Below, piece by piece: positions 16,899 through 24,665 of a stretch of 28,323 bases of DNA. The stretch covers positions 1-28,323 of the forward strand of contig JBIOIC010000001.1 in NCBI GenBank assembly GCA_044449625.1, read 5' to 3'. How positions within the stretch are numbered: the first letter of the stretch is position 1; every line of letters starts with the position of its first letter. The position numbers were made by a program, and so were the translations under genes. The notes under the pieces are model-generated. The model ran no database searches, had not been told where the DNA came from, and was given only the letters and a program-made list of their open reading frames with translations. This DNA is from Gemmatimonadales bacterium. GTDB lineage: Bacteria; Gemmatimonadota; Gemmatimonadetes; Gemmatimonadales; GWC2-71-9.

Positions 16899-17867
16899 CT
16901 AGAACGACACCCGGACTCCGACCCCGCCGAACAGATGGCCCTTCTTGGGATCGACATCCTGAAAGTGGGTCGTGGGTGACAGGTCACCGGCGCTCTCCCA
17001 GCCCACCTCACCCACGAGCTTGAGGATGAACAGGTCGAGCCCTGCGTCCGCGAAGACCATTCCGCGACTCTGATTGAGCTTCACGTTGACCGAATCGATA
17101 TTCGCCGGAACGATCGGATCACGAAAGAGGATCTGGGCGTCGCCGGTGTAGGTGGTGTACCCGGCGCCGGCGGCAACATCGAGGATCAGGAGGTGGGTGC
17201 TTGCGGTCACCCGCCAGCTGGTGGCGTGCAGATCCAGTGAATACCCGAAATTCTGGCCCGCGACATTCGCCGGATCGCCGTACTGAATCTTGGGGATGCT
17301 GCGGCGCATCACCGAGGCGGAGATCGATGGGATCGGGCCGGTGCCGCGGAGGATTCCGACCCGGAGGCCATAGCCGAGCCCGAGGACGACATCGCCGATC
17401 TTGGTGGCACTCGGATCGACGTGGAGATCCTTCACCGCGCCGACGGGGAGCAGGACCGCACTGCCGAGCGCGTCGACCGAGAGGAGGCCGGCACCGATTC
17501 CCTTGTAGATGCCGATCGAACCTTCGACCACAGGGGCCGGCAGGATGATCTTGCTGCCGCTGTTCACCGTGTCGGTCGTGCCGTTGTACGAGAGATCGGG
17601 GAGGGTGAGGCTGGTGGCATTGGCCCGAACACCGAGGGTGAAGTGGGGAAAGCCGCCCAGCGTCTTGGCGGTACCGAGGATCGGATCGCCGCCGCTGGTA
17701 ACGAGACCGAGCAGCGGCTGGAAGTAGCGCGTCGCGTCGACGCCGGCGTTGCAGAGGTTGCTCGCCGTGGCGCTCGCGTTGTACGGGGCACACTCGGTGT
17801 TCTGGGCCCGCAGCGCCGGGACCGCGAGCAGGAATCCGAACCCAAGGAGCATCAGGGGCCTGCGCAT
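16899..17867 (-). CDS. Hypothetical outer-membrane beta-barrel-like protein
   Basis: SD GGAGG before ATG 17867. Signal MRRPLMLLGFGFLLAVPALRA|Q. Many alternating amphipathic strands (FTLGVRAN, VEGSIGIYKG, LGLGYGLRVGIL, LDVAAGAGYTTY, ADAGLDL). C-terminal GGVGVRVSF with terminal Phe is typical of BAM substrates. Confidence 0.75.
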   Translation of the reverse strand: MRRPLMLLGFGFLLAVPALRAQNTECAPYNASATASNLCNAGVDATRYFQPLLGLVTSGGDPILGTAKTLGGFPHFTLGVRANATSLTLPDLSYNGTTDTVNSGSKIILPAPVVEGSIGIYKGIGAGLLSVDALGSAVLLPVGAVKDLHVDPSATKIGDVVLGLGYGLRVGILRGTGPIPSISASVMRRSIPKIQYGDPANVAGQNFGYSLDLHATSWRVTASTHLLILDVAAGAGYTTYTGDAQILFRDPIVPANIDSVNVKLNQSRGMVFADAGLDLFILKLVGEVGWESAGDLSPTTHFQDVDPKKGHLFGGVGVRVSF

Positions 17868-17887
17868 GCATCTACCTCCGGTGGGGG

Positions 17888-18913
17888 TCAGGTGGTGAAG
17901 CGTACCGCGCGCGCACCCCGGCGGATCTCGCCGAGGACCCACGTAGCGATCCCGGCGGAGCGGGCGGCAGCTTCCGCGGCCGCCACCTCACCGGGGGGCA
18001 ACACCGTGATGAGCCCCACACCGAGGTTGAAGACGTCCCGCATCTCCTCGGTCGAGACCTTACCCGCCTCTTGCAGCAGTTGGAACAGCGGAGGGAGCGT
18101 CCAGCTCCCGGCGGCCACCACGGCCTCACACTGTTCAGGCAAGACCCGGACCAGGTTGCCAGGAATCCCGCCCCCCGTGATATGTGCGATACCATGCACC
18201 CGCGAGATGACCGGCATCACCGCCGCGGCGTAACTCAGGTGCACCGCCAGGAGGTGATCAACGGCCGTGCGCCCCGTATCTCCGAGCAGAGCATCGAGTT
18301 GCAGCTTCAGGCGGTCGAAGATGATCCGGCGCGCCAAGGTGTAGCCGTTGGTGTGTAATCCTGACGACGCGTAGGCGAGGAGCGTGTCCCCGGGCACAAT
18401 GCGGTGCCCGTGGAGCGCTTCATCCTCCTCCACCATGCCGACGATCGTGCCGGCCAGATCGAAGTGCCCCGGCTGGTAGAGTCCCGGCATCATCGCCGTC
18501 TCGCCGCCGGTGAGGGCCATCGCATGATGGCGGCAGCCGCGCGCGACCCCTTCCACTACCGCGGCGATCAGCTCGGCCGTGAGAGCGGAACCGGCCACAT
18601 AGTCCTGGAACGCGATCGGACGCGCCCCGTGGACCAGGATGTCATTGACCGAATGGTTGACCAGATCTTCACCCACCGTATCGAGCCGCCCCGCCTCGAG
18701 CGCCACCAGCACCTTGGTGCCGACGCCATCGGTGCTCATCACCAGCACCGGCTTCCGCATCCCCGCGGGAAGGCGGACCATCCCGCCGAACGCCCCGACC
18801 TCGCCCACCGAAAGCGCGGTGCGGGTTCCGGCCACCAAGCGCCCGATCCGCGTCTTGGCGTCCTCGGCGGTGTCGAGATCGACCCCGGCCGCGGCGTACT
18901 GGCGGCCGGTCAC
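17888..18913 (-). CDS. purM: Phosphoribosylformylglycinamidine cyclo-ligase (AIR synthase)
   Basis: YAAAGVD, VGAFGG, STDGVGTKV, DLVNHSVNDILVHGARP, GGETAMMPG, SSGLHTNGYTLAR, AHITGGG, VFNLGVG. Confidence 0.98.
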   Translation of the reverse strand: MTGRQYAAAGVDLDTAEDAKTRIGRLVAGTRTALSVGEVGAFGGMVRLPAGMRKPVLVMSTDGVGTKVLVALEAGRLDTVGEDLVNHSVNDILVHGARPIAFQDYVAGSALTAELIAAVVEGVARGCRHHAMALTGGETAMMPGLYQPGHFDLAGTIVGMVEEDEALHGHRIVPGDTLLAYASSGLHTNGYTLARRIIFDRLKLQLDALLGDTGRTAVDHLLAVHLSYAAAVMPVISRVHGIAHITGGGIPGNLVRVLPEQCEAVVAAGSWTLPPLFQLLQEAGKVSTEEMRDVFNLGVGLITVLPPGEVAAAEAAARSAGIATWVLGEIRRGARAVRFTT

Positions 18914-19836
18914 GGCGCCCGCCCCGGGAAGTCCACGGCGGTGAGCTTGCGGAACCCATCCACCCGCCGTTCGACGTCCGCGCCCTGCACCCCGTCAAAT
19001 CCGTGGATCCCGAAGCGCTCCACTGCGAACGACCCCATCACCGATCCGTAGACCATCGCCCGCCGGAGGGCCGCGTCGGTGATCTCGCCGGCCCGCGCGA
19101 CATATCCCATGAAGCCGCCCGCGAAGGCGTCCCCCGCCCCGGTCGGATCGAAGACTTCCTCCAGCGGATAGCCGGGAATAGCGAAGGTTCCGCGGGCATC
19201 CATCAGCAGTGCGCCGAACTCTCCCTGTTTGATCACGACCCGCTGGGGGCCGCGCTCCAGTATCCACCGCCCGGCGCGATGGATGTTCCAGTCACCGGAG
19301 AGTTCGCGGGCCTCGCTGTCATTGACCATCAGGATGTCCACCTGCTTCAGCAGCTGGAGCAGCACGTCCTTCTTGCTCTGGATCCAGTAGTTCATCGTGT
19401 CGCAGGCGACGAGCTTGGGCCGTTCGATCTGCGACAGTACGCCGAGCTGCAGCTCCGGATCGATGTTGCCGAGGAAGAGGTACTCGGCCCCGCGGAATGC
19501 CGGCGGCAGTTTCGGCTGGAAGCGGGCGAAGACGCCGAGGCGCGTCTCCAGCGTCTCCCGGCTCTGGAGGTCGTAGGAATACTTCCCCTTCCAGCGGAAG
19601 CTCTCTCCCTCGGCTCGCTCGACCCCGCTCCAGTCGATCCCGCGCGGCGCCAGTTGTTCGAGTTCGGCCACCGGATAATCGGACCCGATGACGCCGACCA
19701 CCTTGACCGGCGAGAGCAGCGACGCGGCCACCGAAAAGAAGACCGCGGAGCCGCCGAGCGCGTCGGCGGTCTCCCCGAAAGGGGTGTAGATCGAATCGAG
19801 GGCGACGGAACCGACGACGAGCAGGGTCACGATCAC
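18910..19836 (-). CDS. PfkB family carbohydrate/nucleoside kinase
   Basis: LVVGSVALD...GGSA, DTMNYWI, VNDSEARELSG, KQGEFGA, anion-hole DPTGAGDAFAGG. Start is GTG 19836 or 19830. Confidence 0.93.
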   Translation of the reverse strand: MIVTLLVVGSVALDSIYTPFGETADALGGSAVFFSVAASLLSPVKVVGVIGSDYPVAELEQLAPRGIDWSGVERAEGESFRWKGKYSYDLQSRETLETRLGVFARFQPKLPPAFRGAEYLFLGNIDPELQLGVLSQIERPKLVACDTMNYWIQSKKDVLLQLLKQVDILMVNDSEARELSGDWNIHRAGRWILERGPQRVVIKQGEFGALLMDARGTFAIPGYPLEEVFDPTGAGDAFAGGFMGYVARAGEITDAALRRAMVYGSVMGSFAVERFGIHGFDGVQGADVERRVDGFRKLTAVDFPGRAP

Positions 19837-21473
19837 ATCCGGTCGGGAGCGGAGAGGCCGAGCAGCGAGAGCCCGTTGGCGAGCACGATGCGCGTCGCGC
19901 GCGCGAGCGCCAGGCGCGCCGCCTCGACCGGCGGGGCTTCGCCCAGCACACGGCAGTGATGGTACCAGTGGTGGGAGAGCCGGGCCAACTCCTCGAGATA
20001 TCCGGTGATGCGGTGGGGTTCGCGCGCCCGCGCCGCACTGGCCACTGCCTCGGGGAAGGCCGTCAACTTCTTGAGCAGGTCCTGATCCGGCACCGTCGAG
20101 AGGGCGGCGATCTCGATCCCGTCGGCCCCGGCCGAGGCGGGCTCGCGCTCCGCCACCCGGAAGATCCCGCTCATCCGCGCGTGCGCCATCTGGACGTAGA
20201 AGACCGGGTTCTCATCGGTCTGGGTCCGGGCCAGATCCACGTCGAAGACGAAGTGGCTCTCGCCCCGGCGCATCAGGAAGAAGTAGCGCGCGGCGTCGAC
20301 CCCGACCTCTTCAAAGAGCTCGCGCAGGGTGACGAACTCTCCCGAGCGCTTCGACATCTTCACCTCTTCCCCGCCCCGCACCACCTTCACCAGCTGGACC
20401 AGCGCCACGTCGAAGAAACCGTCGGGATAGCCCAGCGCCTTCAGCACCGCGCGCATCCGGGGGATGTAGCCGTGGTGATCGGCGCCCCAGACGTCGATGA
20501 CCTGATCGAAGCCCCGCCCATGCTTGTCGACGTGATAGGCGATGTCGGGGACGAGATAGGTGTAGGAGCCGTCGGACTTCCGGAGCACCCGGTCCTTGTC
20601 GTCACCGAAGGAGGTGGTCCGGAGCCAGAGCGCCCCTCCTTCCTCGAAGGTAAGATCGCGCGACTTGAGGAGATCCAGACCCCGCTCAACCTTGCCCTCA
20701 TCATAGAGTGCCTGCTCGGATGCCATCACGTCGAACCGCACCCCGAAAGTCCGCAGGTCTTCATCCTGCTCCTCCCGCATCATCCGAAGGGCATAGGTCC
20801 GGCAGCGAGCGATCCCCTCCGCTTCATGAACCGTGGCGAAGCCCGGCCCTTCCTGCTGCACCAACCGCTCGGCGAGTTCGACAAGGTACGCGCCGTGATA
20901 TCCCCCCTCCGGCAACTCGGCCGGATGCCCCGCCGCCTGACGCACCCGGGCCCAGAGCGAGAGGGCCAGCTTGTCGATCTGGACCCCGGCGTCGTTGATG
21001 TAGAACTCGCGGGTGACGCCGTGGCCGGTCCACTCCAGCAGCGCCGCGATCCCATCGCCCAATGCCGCGCCCCGGCCATGCCCGACGTGCAGCGGTCCGG
21101 TCGGATTGGCGGAGACGAACTCGATGTTGACCCGGCGGCCGCGGCCGAAGTCGGAGCGGCCGTAGTTCGGACCGGCGGCAATGATCGCACCGAGGTCGCT
21201 GGCGAGCTGGCCGCCGGCGAGCCAGAAGTTGATGAAGCCGGGCCCGGCGATCTCCGTCTTCCTGATCACGCCGGGAGGGAGCGCGAGCTCGGCCACGATG
21301 CGGGCCGCGACATCGCGCGGCTTCGCCTTTTGGGCCTTCGCGAGCAGCAGCGCGAGATTGGTGGCCCAGTCACCGTGGGCCTCCTCGCGGGAACGCTCCA
21401 GCACGAAGACAACGCCGTCCCCGCCGAGGAGTGCCGCGATCCGGGCGAGTTCAGCGCGAAGCTGGTCGCTCAC
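19833..21473 (-). CDS. argS: Arginine-tRNA ligase
   Basis: HGDWATNLA, AGPGFINF, EFVSANPTGPLHVGHGRGAALGD (HIGH), WGADHHGY, KMSKRSG, NPVFYVQMAHAR. GTG at 21473 overlaps the FmdB stop. Confidence 0.99.
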   Translation of the reverse strand: MSDQLRAELARIAALLGGDGVVFVLERSREEAHGDWATNLALLLAKAQKAKPRDVAARIVAELALPPGVIRKTEIAGPGFINFWLAGGQLASDLGAIIAAGPNYGRSDFGRGRRVNIEFVSANPTGPLHVGHGRGAALGDGIAALLEWTGHGVTREFYINDAGVQIDKLALSLWARVRQAAGHPAELPEGGYHGAYLVELAERLVQQEGPGFATVHEAEGIARCRTYALRMMREEQDEDLRTFGVRFDVMASEQALYDEGKVERGLDLLKSRDLTFEEGGALWLRTTSFGDDKDRVLRKSDGSYTYLVPDIAYHVDKHGRGFDQVIDVWGADHHGYIPRMRAVLKALGYPDGFFDVALVQLVKVVRGGEEVKMSKRSGEFVTLRELFEEVGVDAARYFFLMRRGESHFVFDVDLARTQTDENPVFYVQMAHARMSGIFRVAEREPASAGADGIEIAALSTVPDQDLLKKLTAFPEAVASAARAREPHRITGYLEELARLSHHWYHHCRVLGEAPPVEAARLALARATRIVLANGLSLLGLSAPDRM

Positions 21474-21793
21474 TCGTCGGCCTTGGTCCGTTTGGACTTG
21501 GGCTTGGGCTCCGAGGGAGTGCTCACGGCGGGCTTCGGGGCCGGGGTGGCATCGGGCTTGGCAGCGGTACTGGCCGGCACGCTCTCGACCGGGTCCTTCC
21601 GGGGTCCCTTCCCATCCTTGCCATAGTCGGTGATGTAGAAGCCGCTCCCCTTGAAGACCAAAGCCGCCCCGCCGGAGATCTTCCGCGTGGCCGGCTTGCC
21701 GCAGACGGGGCACTTCGTCCGGGGCTTCTCGTTGATCTTCTGAATCACTTCAAACTCGTGCCCCGCGGGGCAGGAGTACTCGTAAGTCGGCAT
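21470..21793 (-). CDS. FmdB-family zinc-ribbon protein with a low-complexity P/K/A/S tail
   Basis: MPTYEYSCPAGHEFEVIQK...CPVCG...FKGSGFYITDY. SD GAGGTGGAG upstream. Confidence 0.92.
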   Translation of the reverse strand: MPTYEYSCPAGHEFEVIQKINEKPRTKCPVCGKPATRKISGGAALVFKGSGFYITDYGKDGKGPRKDPVESVPASTAAKPDATPAPKPAVSTPSEPKPKSKRTKADE

Positions 21794-21826
21794 CTCTCCA
21801 CCTCAGCTAACCGTAAATCGGACAAA

Positions 21827-21855
21827 AAGTTAGCCGGATGGGGGGAGGCTTTCAA
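21827..21855 (-). promoter_or_regulatory. Candidate sigma70-type promoter for the fmdB-argS... unit
   Basis: Minus strand TTGAAA (21855-21850), 17-nt spacer, TAACTT (21832-21827), in an AT-richer patch about 30 nt upstream of the ATG and downstream of a terminator. Confidence 0.55.
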
Positions 21856-21862
21856 CTTCCTT

Positions 21863-21918
21863 TACCTCACCCCCTGACCCCCTCTCCCTGAAGTGAGAGG
21901 GGGTCAGGGGGTGAGGTA
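21863..21918. repeat. Perfect 24-bp inverted repeat with 8-nt loop (REP-like palindrome)
   Basis: TACCTCACCCCCTGACCCCCTCTC-cctgaagt-GAGAGGGGGTCAGGGGGTGAGGTA; arms checked base by base. Confidence 0.9.
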
Positions 21919-21971
21919 TAGTCGCGTGAGCCGGAGCATCGGGCGTCATCAATCCCGTGCGCCCAGGCACG

Positions 21972-22001
21972 AAAAACCCCTCTCCTTTGAAGGAAGAGGG
22001 G
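21972..22001 (-). terminator. Intrinsic terminator after the mutase gene
   Basis: Minus strand CCCCTCT-T-CCT-tcaa-AGGAGAGGGG (one bulge) followed by TTTTT, about 70 nt after the mutase TAA. Confidence 0.7.
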
Positions 22002-22035
22002 CCGGGATGAACGCGCGGGAGCCGGACTGCACCCC

Positions 22036-22063
22036 CCGCTCACCGTTCACCGTTTACCGCTCA
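22036..22063 (-). repeat. Heptamer tandem array, 4 units
   Basis: Minus strand TGAGCGG TAAACGG TGAACGG TGAGCGG, starting 6 nt after the mutase stop. Confidence 0.8.
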
Positions 22064-22069
22064 CTGCCT

Positions 22070-23614
22070 TTACCCCCGATACGTCCCCCACGCCTTCCGG
22101 AGCACATCGCTGATCTCCCCCAGGGTGGCGCGGGCCCGAACCGCCTCGATGATCGGCGGCATCAACGGCTCGGTCCCCGCCGCGGCGAGGGCCAGCACGC
22201 CGAGCCGCGCCGCCACCACGCCGCCGTCCCGCCCGGCCTTGGCCGCCTGGAGCGCGGCGATCTGCCGCGCCGCCAGCGCCGAAAAATCGGGGCCCGGGAG
22301 GACCGGCACCGTGGGGTTGTCGGTGAACCGGTTGACCCCGACCACGACCTGCTCCCCCGCCTCCTGCTGCTGCTGCTGGATCCAGGCGCTCTCGGCGATC
22401 GCCTTCTGGAAGAACCCCTTCTCGATCGCGGCCGCCGCCCCACCCAACTCATCCACCTCCGCGATGAGCGCCCGGGCCTCCCGCTCGACCCGATCAGTGA
22501 GCGCTTCGACATAGTAGCTCCCGCCGAGTGGGTCCACCGCGGAGGTGATCCCGCTCTCATAGGCCAGGATCTGCTGAGTCCGGAGGGCGAGTGTAGCCGC
22601 CTCGGCGCTCGGCAGCGTCAGGGCCTCGTCGTACCCGTTGGTGTGCAGCGACTGCGTCCCGCCGAGCACCGCCGCCAGCGCCTGGACCGTCACCCGGGCC
22701 ACGTTGTTGAAGGGCTGCTGCGCTTGCAGGGTGACGCCGCCGGTCTGGGTGTGGAAGCGCAGTCGCGCGGTCGCGTCATCGGCCTGGAAACGTTCGCGGA
22801 CGAGCGCGGCCCAGAGCCGCCGCGCCGCACGGAACTTCGCCACCTCTTCGAACAGGTCGTTGTGCGCCGCGAAGAAGAAGGAGAGCCGCGGGCCGAAGCC
22901 GGCGAGCGGCACCCCGGCCGCGATCCCGTGGCGCACGTACTCCAGCCCGTTGGCGAGGGTGAACGCAACCTCTTCGGCCGCGGTGGCCCCCGCCTCGCGG
23001 ATATGGTATCCGCTGATCGAGATGGGATTGAAGTTCATCCCCTCCTCGACCACGAAGCGGAAGATGTCAGTGGTGAGCCGGAGCGAGGGTTCGGGGGGAT
23101 AGATGTAGGTCCCCCGGGCGATGTACTCCTTGAGCACGTCGTTCTGCACCGTCCCGCCCAGCTGCCGGCGGGTGACCCCCTGCTCCTCCCCCACGACGAC
23201 ATACATCGCGAGCAGGATCGCGGCGGTCGCGTTGATCGTCATCGAAGTGGTGACGCCGCCGAGAGGAATGCCGCGGAAGAGCTCGGTGAGGTCATTCACC
23301 GTGTCGATGGCGACGCCGACGCGCCCGACCTCCCCTGTCGCCATCGGGTGGTCAGAGTCGTACCCCATCTGGGTCGGGAGGTCGAAGGCGGTGGAGAGGC
23401 CCGACTGCCCCGCGGCGAGGAGCTGACGGAACCTGGTGTTGGTCTCCTCGGCGGTTCCGAAGCCGGCGTACTGCCGCATCGTCCAGAGCCGGGTGGTGTA
23501 CATCCCCGGATGGATGCCGCGGGTGAAGGGGAACTGACCCGGAGAGACTGGCGGCTCCGGCACGTCAGCGGGGCCGTAGACGATTTTGCCCTCGGGATCT
23601 GGCGGTAGCGTCAC
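22070..23614 (-). CDS. Methylmalonyl-CoA mutase family, large (substrate-binding) subunit without a B12-binding domain
   Basis: FPFTRG...[95 protein letters not shown]. No C-terminal DxHxxG domain. Confidence 0.96.
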   Translation of the reverse strand: MTLPPDPEGKIVYGPADVPEPPVSPGQFPFTRGIHPGMYTTRLWTMRQYAGFGTAEETNTRFRQLLAAGQSGLSTAFDLPTQMGYDSDHPMATGEVGRVGVAIDTVNDLTELFRGIPLGGVTTSMTINATAAILLAMYVVVGEEQGVTRRQLGGTVQNDVLKEYIARGTYIYPPEPSLRLTTDIFRFVVEEGMNFNPISISGYHIREAGATAAEEVAFTLANGLEYVRHGIAAGVPLAGFGPRLSFFFAAHNDLFEEVAKFRAARRLWAALVRERFQADDATARLRFHTQTGGVTLQAQQPFNNVARVTVQALAAVLGGTQSLHTNGYDEALTLPSAEAATLALRTQQILAYESGITSAVDPLGGSYYVEALTDRVEREARALIAEVDELGGAAAAIEKGFFQKAIAESAWIQQQQQEAGEQVVVGVNRFTDNPTVPVLPGPDFSALAARQIAALQAAKAGRDGGVVAARLGVLALAAAGTEPLMPPIIEAVRARATLGEISDVLRKAWGTYRG

Positions 23615-24624
23615 GACGCCGGCTCCGTCATCACTTCGCGGACCCAGGCGACGTCATCCCGGCAGCCGATGACCAGTGGTGTGCGCTGATGCAGCTCCGT
23701 CGGCTGGATCTCGAGGATCGGGAAGGCTCCGTCGGTGGCCGCACCCCCCGCCTGCTCGGCGAGGAACGCCATCGGCGAGGCCTCGTAGAGAAGCCGGAGC
23801 TTGCCCCGCGGGTTCTTGGTGTCGGCGGGATACATGAAGATCCCGCCGGCAATCAGGTTCCGATGAAAATCGGCGACGAGCGAGCCGATATAGCGGCTGT
23901 TCTTCCCGGCGAGCCGCTCCGGGAAATCCCCGTGAAAACCGCGGACCGCCTTCTGGGTCTGCCGATCCCAGCGCGCAAAGTTGCTCTCATTGACACTGTA
24001 GTAGGTGCCGTTCTTCGGCATCCGGATCTGGTCACGGGAGAGAAGGAACTCCCCGATGGTGGGGTCGAGGGTAAAGCCGTGCACTCCGATCCCGGTCGAA
24101 TAGATCAGCATCGTGCTCGAACCGTAGATGACATACCCCGCGGCCACGAGCTTCCGTCCCGGCTGCAGCAGGTCCTCGAGCGCCCCGCCACCCGACGTGG
24201 TCAACCGGCGGTAGATGCTGAAGATGGTGCCGACCGCGGCATTCACATCAATGTTCGACGAGCCGTCCAGCGGATCGAAGAGCACCACGTACTTGCCGGA
24301 TTTGTACTCGGGGGGGATGGGGATCGGGCCATCATCCTCCTCCGAAGCCATCACGCAGACCCGCCCGGTGTGGTTGAGGGCGTGCTTCAGGGTCTCGTTG
24401 GCGAAGACGTCGAGCTTCTGCTGCGACTCTCCTTGGACGTTGGTGACCCCCGAACTGCCCAAGATGTCGACCAGGCCCGCGCGACGAATGTTGGCGGAGA
24501 TGATCTTGGCGGCGAGGCCGATATCGTAGAGCAGGTTGGACAGCTCCCCGGTGGCCTCGGGGAACCGGTTCTCCTGGTCGAGGATGAAACGCTCGATCGT
24601 GGTGACGGAGGTGCGGCTCTGCAC
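23611..24624 (-). CDS. fbp: Fructose-1,6-bisphosphatase class 1
   Basis: [80 protein letters not shown]. Confidence 0.98.
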   Translation of the reverse strand: MQSRTSVTTIERFILDQENRFPEATGELSNLLYDIGLAAKIISANIRRAGLVDILGSSGVTNVQGESQQKLDVFANETLKHALNHTGRVCVMASEEDDGPIPIPPEYKSGKYVVLFDPLDGSSNIDVNAAVGTIFSIYRRLTTSGGGALEDLLQPGRKLVAAGYVIYGSSTMLIYSTGIGVHGFTLDPTIGEFLLSRDQIRMPKNGTYYSVNESNFARWDRQTQKAVRGFHGDFPERLAGKNSRYIGSLVADFHRNLIAGGIFMYPADTKNPRGKLRLLYEASPMAFLAEQAGGAATDGAFPILEIQPTELHQRTPLVIGCRDDVAWVREVMTEPAS

Positions 24625-24637
24625 GCGGGCCCCGGGG

Positions 24638-24665
24638 TAAACGGTGAAGGGTCAAGGGTGAACGG
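24638..24665 (+). repeat. Heptamer tandem array, 4 units, straddling the comEC stop
   Basis: TAAACGG TGAAGGG TCAAGGG TGAACGG. Shares the exact units TAAACGG and TGAACGG with the 22036-22063 array, in the opposite orientation. Confidence 0.8.

Noticed and set aside
16967-16987. GGGTCGT GGGTGAC AGGTCAC, resembling the heptamer arrays
   Set aside because: Only three loose units, and inside the beta-barrel coding sequence (GDLSPTT); probably coincidental.
16898-17100. FMN riboswitch ahead of ribD
   Set aside because: ribD starts 1 nt after the upstream stop, and no RFN consensus blocks were seen.
493-21713. Long N-terminal extensions in the ORF track (btuD 657 aa, GT4 579 aa, argS 626 aa, IID 359 aa, HPr 224 aa, ribD 401 aa) suggesting fusions
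   Set aside because: The extensions are Arg/Pro/Gly-rich off-frame readings of the upstream gene. Each true start coincides with a GTGA/ATGA overlap or immediately follows the upstream stop.
21840-21918. G-quadruplex from the G5 runs
   Set aside because: The runs are few and unevenly spaced, and each has a perfect Watson-Crick partner in the palindrome, so a duplex or cruciform is the simpler explanation.
21863-22063. CRISPR array or complete IS/MITE with terminal inverted repeats
   Set aside because: No regularly spaced repeats with unique spacers, no cas or transposase gene, and no clear TIR-plus-TSD pair.
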